Shown in pieces: positions 57,142-64,000 of a stretch of 64,000 nt of DNA. The position numbers and the translations under genes were made by a program. Below the pieces are notes generated by a model. The model did no database searches. It had not been told where the DNA came from and saw nothing but the letters and a program-made list of their open reading frames with translations. Position 1 is the stretch's first letter; each line of letters opens with the position of its first letter. Location: contig JBFLYH010000002.1 of assembly GCA_040756875.1 (NCBI GenBank), positions 895,078-959,077 of the forward strand, given 5' to 3'. Source of the stretch: a candidate division FCPU426 bacterium. GTDB taxonomy: Bacteria; Oederibacteriota; JAAXVQ01; JAUVAV01.

Positions 57142-57579
57142 ATGGCTGACTATCCGGAACTGGCTGCTAATCTGGAAACGCTTATCGATCACCTGACCGA
57201 ACTGCAGGAACTGGAGGAAGCCAGGCAGGTCCAGACCCCGGATGAGCTGGCCGCGACCCTGCCCGCCTACCTGACAGCCAAGCAGGCTATGTTGGACCGC
57301 GTTTCGCAGCTGACCCAGAACGGCTGGCTGGCCGCGGCCGAGGAAAGGCTGGGCCGGCTGGAACCGGCGGACACGGCGGCCTATTTTCAAACCCTGTGGG
57401 ACAGGATGAAAGCCCTGCTGGAGGACGTGCGCCGCCTTCACGATGAAAATTTAAACACGCTGAAGCATCACTCGGAGGAGCTGGGCAAAACCGTGCAAGC
57501 CCTGGGGAAGACTTTGAATTACTTGCGGGCGTACCCCCTGAACCCGCAGCAGTCCGTGCGGGTAAATATTCTGGGATAG
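57142..57579 (+). CDS. Hypothetical helical protein (FlgN/FliT-like chaperone fold)
   Basis: AAGGAG RBS; amphipathic helices; heads the flgB operon. Confidence 0.6.
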   Translation: MADYPELAANLETLIDHLTELQELEEARQVQTPDELAATLPAYLTAKQAMLDRVSQLTQNGWLAAAEERLGRLEPADTAAYFQTLWDRMKALLEDVRRLHDENLNTLKHHSEELGKTVQALGKTLNYLRAYPLNPQQSVRVNILG

Positions 57580-57589
57580 CGAGGGTGCC

Positions 57590-57952
57590 ATGAGCCTGAC
57601 GCCGGAAATCTCCTGGTTGGAAAAAATGAACGACGTGATGGATATCCTGTGGATACAGCAGCGGGCCCTGGCGCAAAACATCGCCAACGTCAACACGCCC
57701 GGCTTTATCCGCCAGACTGTGGATTTCGCCGCGGAGCTCAAGGAAGCTCTGGGCGACCCGTCGCGGCCGCCGTCCGAGATTGAAATCCAGGACGACTTGA
57801 AGGCATCAGCGCGGGTTGACGGCAATTCCGTGAATCTGGAGCGCGAGATGGTCGAGCTGGCCGAGGTGACGCAGACGTACGGCAGCCTGGCGCGCCTGAC
57901 GGCGAAAAATTTGAGCATGGCCCGGATCGTGATCACGGGCGGAAAGGGATAG
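57590..57952 (+). CDS. flgB: Basal-body rod protein FlgB
   Basis: AQNIANVNTPGF..VDF, RVDGNSVNLEREM. Confidence 0.92.
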   Translation: MSLTPEISWLEKMNDVMDILWIQQRALAQNIANVNTPGFIRQTVDFAAELKEALGDPSRPPSEIEIQDDLKASARVDGNSVNLEREMVELAEVTQTYGSLARLTAKNLSMARIVITGGKG

Positions 57953-57954
57953 CC

Positions 57955-58359
57955 ATGAACCTGTTTCCGGAAATGTCCGTCAGCGCCAGCGGCTTGACTG
58001 CCGAGCGCACCCGGCTGGAGGTGATCGCGCGCAACCTGGCCAACGCGAACACCACCAAGACCGCGGACGGCGGCGTGTTCAGGCGCCAGCTGGTGGAATT
58101 GGTGGCCCAGCCCCAGGGGCTGATGGCCGAGGAGGCGGCCGGGGTGCAGGTGGCCGGCATCGTGGAAGACCCGTCGCCTTTGAAGCAGGTCTACTCCCCC
58201 GGACACCCGGACGCGGATGAGAACGGCTATCTCACGCTGCCCAACGTGGATGTCATGCTGGAAATGGTGGACATGCTGGGCGCGGCGCGCGCCTATGAAG
58301 CCAACGTGAGCCTGCTGCAAAGCGCCAAGGAAATGGCGCGGCAGGCGCTGAGCATTTAA
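57955..58359 (+). CDS. flgC: Basal-body rod protein FlgC
   Basis: SASGLTAER.RL..NLANA, PGHPDAD..GY..PNVD, RAYEAN. Confidence 0.95.
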   Translation: MNLFPEMSVSASGLTAERTRLEVIARNLANANTTKTADGGVFRRQLVELVAQPQGLMAEEAAGVQVAGIVEDPSPLKQVYSPGHPDADENGYLTLPNVDVMLEMVDMLGAARAYEANVSLLQSAKEMARQALSI

Positions 58360-58370
58360 AGGAGGGCCCC

Positions 58371-58685
58371 GTGAGCATCGAAGGAATCAATGGATTCCGG
58401 CCGCTGGACCTCACGCCTTCGCTGCCGCCGGTGGCGCCGGCCAGCGCGTTTCCGGTCCAGGCACCGTCCTCCTTTACGCAAGTCCTGACCGAAGGCTTGG
58501 CCGCCCTGGACCGCCAGCAAAGCGACCTGCAAAGCATCTCGCAGCGCTTTTTGGAAGGCCAGGGGCCGGCCTTGCACGAAATCATGCTCCAGGCCGAGGA
58601 AACCAAATTGAATTTGGAGTTCGTGGTGCAGTTGCGGAATAAAGTGGTGGAAGCGTACCAGGAGATCATGCGGCTGCAGGTTTAG
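58371..58685 (+). CDS. fliE: Hook-basal body protein FliE
   Basis: LHEIM, QLRNKVVEAYQEIMRLQV. Confidence 0.93.
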   Translation: MSIEGINGFRPLDLTPSLPPVAPASAFPVQAPSSFTQVLTEGLAALDRQQSDLQSISQRFLEGQGPALHEIMLQAEETKLNLEFVVQLRNKVVEAYQEIMRLQV

Positions 58686-58716
58686 GCCGCCGGGGTCATC
58701 CGTCGGGAGGATGAGC

Positions 58717-60225
58717 ATGGCGCAAACGTGGAACGACCGCCTCAAAGCCCTGCAGCAGGGCTGGCAGCGGCTCACGCTGAATCAGAAAATGCTGGTGCTC
58801 CTGGCCGGCGTCACGCTGGCCGCGGTGGCGGCCGGCATGGCTTATTTTGGCACGCGGCCGGAATACGCCGTGCTTTACAACAACCTGGCCGCGCAGGACG
58901 CCAGCGAAGTGGTGGATAAGCTGCGGGAGCGCAAGGTGCCGTTCCGCCTGGGCGGGGGCGGAACCCAGGTCGAGGTGCCGGCGCCGCAGGTGTACGAACT
59001 GCGGATCGAGCTGGCCGGCCAGGGATTGCCGCGCGGCGAAGGCGTGGGCTTCGAAATATTCGACAAGCTGTCGCTCGGCGTGACCAACGAGGTGCAGCGC
59101 ATCAATTACCTGCGCGCCCTCCAAAGCGAACTGGAGCGGACCATCGAAGCCCTGGAACCCATCCAGAAAGCCCGCGTCCATCTGGTGCTGCCCCAGGAGG
59201 AGATGTGGTTCGAGGAGGATTTTAATCCCAGCGCCTCGGTCATGGTCAGGCTGAAGGGGCCCGGAACCCTCAACGCCCAGCAGGTCGAAAGCATCCGCCA
59301 CCTCCTGGCCAGCGCGGTCCGGGGGCTGGTGCCCGAACGGGTGACGGTCGTGGACACGCAGGGCAAGGTGTTGTCCGCAGGCGCGGACAATGACGCGGCC
59401 TTCGGCCTCAGCGACCGCCAGATCGCCTACCGCCAGAAAATCGAGAGCAACCTCAAGGCGCAGGCCGAGAGCCTGCTGGTGGAGATCCTCGGCCCGGGCC
59501 GGGCCGCGGTCCGGGTGCAGGCGGAAATGGATTTCAACCAGATCGTCAAGGAGCGCGAGTATTTCGAGCCCGTGGTCGGCCAAAAGGGGCTTGTGCGCAG
59601 CGAACAGCAGAACTCCGCGCAGACCGGCGAAGGCGCGCCTGCTCCGGCCGGTCCGGCCGGCACGGCCTCCAATCTGCAGGGATATCCGCCCTCCGGCGTT
59701 TCCACCGCCGGGAACGGCAGCAAAAAGAGCGAACGCATCATCCAGTATGAAATGAACCGCACGCACGAGCGGGTCACTTCGGCCGCGGGCACGATCAAGC
59801 GGCTGTCGGTCGGCGTGTTCATCGACGGAAACCAGACGCCCGAGCGCTTGAGCGACATGCAGAGCGTGCTGGTGCGGGCCCTGGGCATCGACCCGGAGCG
59901 CGGGGACCTGATCGAAGTCCGTGCGCTTCCTTTTGACCGGAAGGACACAAAGGAAGAACAGCAACTGCTGGAAAAATCGCAACGGGAAAAATTCTGGCTG
60001 ACGCTGCTGTCCTCCTGGGTGCCGCGGGGCGTGTTGTTTGCCGTGGCCGTCGCGGTGTTGCTGGCGGGCCTGGGCGTCCTGCGCAAGCAGGCGAGTTTGC
60101 CGCCCAATATGGGCGGCAACGGCCGCCCGGAGGATGTGAGCAGGCTGGAGCCGGATCGGGTGATGGAGATCATCCGCCAGCATCCCGCGGAAACCAGCCA
60201 GATCTTAAAACAGTGGCTCTCGTAG
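58717..60225 (+). CDS. fliF: MS-ring protein FliF
   Basis: GFEIFD, NYLRALQSELERTI, ARVHLVLP, IKRLSVGV, RGD; two TMs. Confidence 0.95.
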   Translation: MAQTWNDRLKALQQGWQRLTLNQKMLVLLAGVTLAAVAAGMAYFGTRPEYAVLYNNLAAQDASEVVDKLRERKVPFRLGGGGTQVEVPAPQVYELRIELAGQGLPRGEGVGFEIFDKLSLGVTNEVQRINYLRALQSELERTIEALEPIQKARVHLVLPQEEMWFEEDFNPSASVMVRLKGPGTLNAQQVESIRHLLASAVRGLVPERVTVVDTQGKVLSAGADNDAAFGLSDRQIAYRQKIESNLKAQAESLLVEILGPGRAAVRVQAEMDFNQIVKEREYFEPVVGQKGLVRSEQQNSAQTGEGAPAPAGPAGTASNLQGYPPSGVSTAGNGSKKSERIIQYEMNRTHERVTSAAGTIKRLSVGVFIDGNQTPERLSDMQSVLVRALGIDPERGDLIEVRALPFDRKDTKEEQQLLEKSQREKFWLTLLSSWVPRGVLFAVAVAVLLAGLGVLRKQASLPPNMGGNGRPEDVSRLEPDRVMEIIRQHPAETSQILKQWLS

Positions 60226-60259
60226 GCGCGCGGGCCGCATTCGGAACGGTGAGGGCAGC

Positions 60260-61285
60260 ATGCCGCTGAACGAAGAACAGACCAAAGTCAATTTGAAGAA
60301 GGTCGCGATTCTGCTGACCCTGCTGGGCCGAGACGCCGCCCAGGAGATCATCCGCCATTTTTCGACGCAAGACATCGAGCGCATCGGCAAAGAGATGGCC
60401 AAAGGCAAGGAAATCAGCCGCGCCGAGCAGGAACAGGTGCTGCAGGATTTCCTGGCGGCGCTCAAGGACCGCAATTTTCCCCTCAAGAGCGGGATGGAAT
60501 ACGTGGAACAGGTGCTGGCGCCGGCCCTGGACCCGGACCGCGCCCAGCGTTTTCTGCGCAAGATCCACAGCCCTCGGCAAATCGCGCCTTTCGAGGAACT
60601 GCAGGAAGTGGAGCCCGAGCATCTGGTGGCCGCGGTGAAGGGCGAACATCCCCAGACCGTCGCCCTGGTGCTGGCCTCTTTACCCCGCGACCTCTCCGCC
60701 AAGGTGCTCAGGCAATTGCCGCAAGCGCTGCAGTCGGAGATCGTACGGCGGATCGCGCTGCTGGACCGCCAATCGCCGGATTTAAGCACCGTGCGGGAGA
60801 TCGAACAGCGCCTGTCGGCGCGCATCAAGCAGGAGATGGAAAAGCCCGAAATGATCCGGTTGGGAGGGGCCCAAACCACGGCGGACCTCTTCAACCTGCT
60901 GGAAAAAGACCTGGCCCATCAGTTGCTCGAAGGGCTGGAGGCCAAGCACGAGGACCTGGCCGCCCAGATCAAGGTCAAGATGGTGCGCTTCGACGATTTG
61001 ACCAAGCTGACCGACATGGAAATCCAGCGCCTGCTCAAGGAAGTCGAAACCCAGGACCTGGCGCTGGCGTGCGTGAAGCTCGACCCGCAGTTGTCGGACA
61101 TGATCTTCCGCAACATGTCCCACCGCGGCGCGGAAATGCTCAAGGACGACATCGAGGTCATGCAGAACGTCAAACCCGAATCTGTGCGGGCCTCGCGGCA
61201 AAAAATCGCCGATGTCATGAGGCGGCTGGACGAGGAAGGCACGATCATCCTCAACAAGCAGAACCTGGAGGACAACCTTGTCTAA
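60260..61285 (+). CDS. fliG: Motor switch protein FliG
   Basis: KVAILL..LG, EHPQTVALVL, GG hinge, FRNMSHRGAEML. Confidence 0.95.
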   Translation: MPLNEEQTKVNLKKVAILLTLLGRDAAQEIIRHFSTQDIERIGKEMAKGKEISRAEQEQVLQDFLAALKDRNFPLKSGMEYVEQVLAPALDPDRAQRFLRKIHSPRQIAPFEELQEVEPEHLVAAVKGEHPQTVALVLASLPRDLSAKVLRQLPQALQSEIVRRIALLDRQSPDLSTVREIEQRLSARIKQEMEKPEMIRLGGAQTTADLFNLLEKDLAHQLLEGLEAKHEDLAAQIKVKMVRFDDLTKLTDMEIQRLLKEVETQDLALACVKLDPQLSDMIFRNMSHRGAEMLKDDIEVMQNVKPESVRASRQKIADVMRRLDEEGTIILNKQNLEDNLV

Positions 61286-63221
61286 GATTTTGAAAGCGCC
61301 CTCTGTCAGCGCCGAAGAGCGTCTGGTGCCGGTAGGTGGAGCCTGGCGGCTAGCGGGCCACGAAGCCGGGTCCGCCGCCCAGGCCGCGCCGGCCGAGGCC
61401 GTGGAAGCGGCGGCCAGCGCGCGCGCGCGGGAAAAGGAAGCTTTTGCGCGGGGGTTGCGCGCCGGACGCGAAGAAGCCCGGGCCGCCGCCTGCGCCGAGG
61501 ACGAGGCCGTCCGGGCGGTCCTGCAGCGGTTGGAGGACGAGCTGGCCGGATACTGCCGCCGGATCGAAATCAAGGCCGGCGATCTGGTGGCGGCCATGGT
61601 GCGGCGGATCGTGGGCGCCGCCGGCGGGCTTTCGCCCGAAGTCATCCAGCACAACCTGCGCAAGCTGCTGTCCAAGCCGCATGCGCCCGGCGAAATGCTC
61701 ACGGTGCGCCTGCATCCCGAAGACTACCGCCGCCTCGCCCCGCAGGGGGAGACGGCCCTTAAAAACCTCAAGCTGCAGCCCGATCCGGAAGTGGAGCGGG
61801 GCGGGTGCCTGATGGAGAGCCAGTTCGGCCTGCTTGACGCGCGGCTGGACACGCAACTGGAGGAGCTGGAGGGCGCTTTGCGCGCGCAGCTGGCGGCCGG
61901 ACATTCGCTGACCCAGGCCGCCGCCGGCGTGGAAGGAACGCCCGAAGTCCGGGCCGAAGGCCGGGTGACCAAAATCGTGGGCACGGTGATCGAATCCCAG
62001 GGCCCCAACGTGACCGTCGGCGAACAGTGCGACATCGCGCATCCTGCGGACGGCTCCCTGCACGCCGCGGAAGTCATCGGCTTCCGCGACGCCCAGGTGC
62101 TGCTGATGCCCTTGGGAGACGCCCGGGGGCTGGGGCCGGGACACCGGGTGATCGCCCGCGGGCGGCCGTTTACGCTGCAGGTCGGCCCCAAACTGCTGGG
62201 CCGCGTGATCAATGCCATGGGGCAGGCCATCGACGGGCGGGGCGCCCTGGAAGGCAGCGAGGCGGTCAGCCTGCACGCCCAGCCCAACAACCCCATGCAG
62301 CGCCTGCCCGTGTCCGCGCCGCTGTATACCGGCATCCGCGCCATCGACGGATTGCTGACCTGCGCCAAAGGCGGGCGCATGGGCATTTTCGCCGGCAGCG
62401 GGTTGGGAAAAAGCGTGCTGCTGGGCATGATGGCCCGCCGGACCCAGGCGGACGTCAATGTGATCGCCCTGATCGGCGAACGCGGCCGGGAGGTGCGCGA
62501 ATTCGTGGAGCGCGATCTGGGCGAGGAAGGCCTGCCCCGGTCCGTGGTGGTGGCGGTGACGTCGGATGAGTCGCCGGTGCTGCGGATCCGGGGAGCGCAG
62601 CTGGCCGCAAGCCTGGCCGAATATTTCGCGCGCCAGGGCCGCGACGTGCAATTCATGATGGATTCGGTCACGCGTTTCGCCATGGCGCAGCGCGAGGTGG
62701 GCCTGGCGGCCGGCGAGCCGCCCACGACCAAGGGGTATCCGCCTTCGACGTTCGCCGCGCTGCCCAAGCTGCTGGAACGGTCCGGGAATTTCGCGGACCA
62801 GGGCACCATTACGGGTTTTTACACGGTGCTGGTCGAAGGCGACGATCACGACGAACCCGTGGCCGACCACGTGCGCAGCATCCTGGACGGCCACATCATC
62901 CTTTCGCGGGCGTTGGCAAGCCAAAACCATTTTCCGGCCATCGACGTGCTGCGCAGCATCAGCCGGCTGAGCAAGCAGGTATGCAGCCCCGAGCAGATGG
63001 CCTGGGCCGGGCGGGTGCGCGACCTGCTTGCCACCTATTACGAAGCCCAGGATTTGATCAACATCGGGGCTTATGTAGCCGGCAGCAATCCCCAGATCGA
63101 CTTGGCCTTGCGTGCGATTGGCGACCTCAAGCGGTTTTTACGCCAGGGACTGGAAGAGAGCGTGCAGCCCGAAGCCATGTGGGGCACGTTGGAAGACATT
63201 CTCAACCGCCTCGGCGGTTGA
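61278..63221 (+). CDS. fliI: Fused FliH-FliI flagellar export ATPase
   Basis: aa 1-~203 FliH (AxxxGxxxG, VRLHPED, GGCLMESQFGLLDA); remainder FliI (GIFAGSGLGKS, IGERGREV, DSVTRFAMAQREVGL, LDGHIILSR); no stop between them. Confidence 0.9.
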   Translation: MSKILKAPSVSAEERLVPVGGAWRLAGHEAGSAAQAAPAEAVEAAASARAREKEAFARGLRAGREEARAAACAEDEAVRAVLQRLEDELAGYCRRIEIKAGDLVAAMVRRIVGAAGGLSPEVIQHNLRKLLSKPHAPGEMLTVRLHPEDYRRLAPQGETALKNLKLQPDPEVERGGCLMESQFGLLDARLDTQLEELEGALRAQLAAGHSLTQAAAGVEGTPEVRAEGRVTKIVGTVIESQGPNVTVGEQCDIAHPADGSLHAAEVIGFRDAQVLLMPLGDARGLGPGHRVIARGRPFTLQVGPKLLGRVINAMGQAIDGRGALEGSEAVSLHAQPNNPMQRLPVSAPLYTGIRAIDGLLTCAKGGRMGIFAGSGLGKSVLLGMMARRTQADVNVIALIGERGREVREFVERDLGEEGLPRSVVVAVTSDESPVLRIRGAQLAASLAEYFARQGRDVQFMMDSVTRFAMAQREVGLAAGEPPTTKGYPPSTFAALPKLLERSGNFADQGTITGFYTVLVEGDDHDEPVADHVRSILDGHIILSRALASQNHFPAIDVLRSISRLSKQVCSPEQMAWAGRVRDLLATYYEAQDLINIGAYVAGSNPQIDLALRAIGDLKRFLRQGLEESVQPEAMWGTLEDILNRLGG

Positions 63222-63238
63222 TTCCCGGGGGGGACAAC

Positions 63239-63688
63239 ATGCATCAGTTCCATTTTGGCCTTGAAACCCTGTTGCGCATCCGCCGGCGCCAGCTGGAGCA
63301 GGCGCAGGAGGAATTTGTCCGGCAGCAACAGGCCGTGATCCGGTGCGAAAGCGAACTTGAGCGGCAACACGCGGACCAGGCGCATCTGGAGGAGGAAGTG
63401 CGCGCCAGCGAAGGCCGGGAGGTGGAAGTGGCCCGCGCCCGCAATTACCGTGAGTACGGGCGCAGGCTTGCGGCCCGTCTGCTCGAAACACAGGAGCGGC
63501 TGTCCGCCGCGAAAGCGGAATTGGAAAAGCGCCGCCTACAGTGGATGGAAGCCCAGCAGACGGTCAAAACCCTGGAAGCGCTGCGCGAACGGCGCTACAC
63601 GGAATATCTCAAGGAAGCCCGCCGCGAAGAGCAAAACTGGCTGGATGAAGTGGCGCTGGCGTTCCGCAAAGCATTGCCCAAACACTGA
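63239..63688 (+). CDS. fliJ: Flagellar export protein FliJ
   Basis: FHFGLETLL.IR, KTLEALRE, EQNWLDE; follows fliI. Confidence 0.88.
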   Translation: MHQFHFGLETLLRIRRRQLEQAQEEFVRQQQAVIRCESELERQHADQAHLEEEVRASEGREVEVARARNYREYGRRLAARLLETQERLSAAKAELEKRRLQWMEAQQTVKTLEALRERRYTEYLKEARREEQNWLDEVALAFRKALPKH

Positions 63689-63730
63689 CGAACCGACCGG
63701 CCGCGACCAGGCCGTAAAAAGGAGCTGCAG

Positions 63731-64000
63731 ATGGAAACCATGCCTTTGACGTCCTCCCTGCCCGCCACAGCGGGCGAAGCCCAATGGTTGGCCGGCCTGC
63801 TGTCCGAGGCTCAATCCGAAGCCACGGACGATCCGGGAGATCCCGAATTCGCGGCCGCGCTGCTGGCCAGCCTGCCCGCCGCCCTGCCCCAGGCCGGCGA
63901 GACGTTGCCGGCTTCGATATGGGCCGACATGCCGGCTGAAGCGGATTTGGCCCGTTTATTGGGGAACGAAGCGCTTGTGCCCGAAGGCGCCGCCAAAGAA
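63731..64000 (+). CDS. ORF truncated by the window edge, probably the FliK N-terminus
   Basis: AAGGAG RBS; low-complexity Ala/Pro/Glu-rich open frame (METMPLTSSLPATAG...); position after fliJ. Confidence 0.45.
   Translation, partial: METMPLTSSLPATAGEAQWLAGLLSEAQSEATDDPGDPEFAAALLASLPAALPQAGETLPASIWADMPAEADLARLLGNEALVPEGAAKE

Noticed and set aside
61860-61911. Programmed +1 frameshift releasing free FliH
   Set aside because: In-frame codons GCT TTG do not allow re-pairing as in the prfB CTT-TGA site, and there is no in-frame stop or slippery run

Overview
GC-rich chromosomal window from a diderm, flagellated bacterium. No integrase, transposase, phage gene, rRNA or CRISPR array is recognisable. 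The first half (1-32.6 kb) is housekeeping, envelope and signalling: thiC 3' end, an OM beta-barrel/MFS pair, aroB, a TPR-Roadblock plus Roadblock pair, ftsB-DUF501-tRNA-Leu, a MarR-TolC-RND efflux operon, pgi, gpmA, tRNA-fMet, a HK/REC-HDOD cluster, a minimal mlaEFD, yjbQ, and an NSS transporter with ktrBA. The second half (33-64 kb) is a flagellar cluster: flgFGAHIJ-flgMNKL-fliW-csrA-fliC, a glycosyl/methyltransferase island, fliDS, HDOD plus kinase, and flgBC-fliEFG(H-I)J(K). Sigma54 and sigma28 promoters and CsrA sites are readable in it. The most unusual observations are: (1) FliH and FliI encoded as one uninterrupted 647-aa ORF with a cryptic internal RBS+TTG at the junction; (2) a DUF501 ORF reading 54 nt into tRNA-Leu(UAA), with what appears to be its only UUA codon on that tRNA's anticodon loop; (3) an NSS transporter that has lost several canonical Na+ ligands, in an operon with KtrBA; (4) an MlaD with a C-terminal beta-barrel-like domain; (5) a flagellin-modification island with 4 GT and 4 methyltransferase domains; (6) a perfect DnaA box on the predicted start site of a sigma54 flagellar promoter; (7) several structured non-coding elements. 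All calls come from manual motif recognition. No database search or folding program was run.
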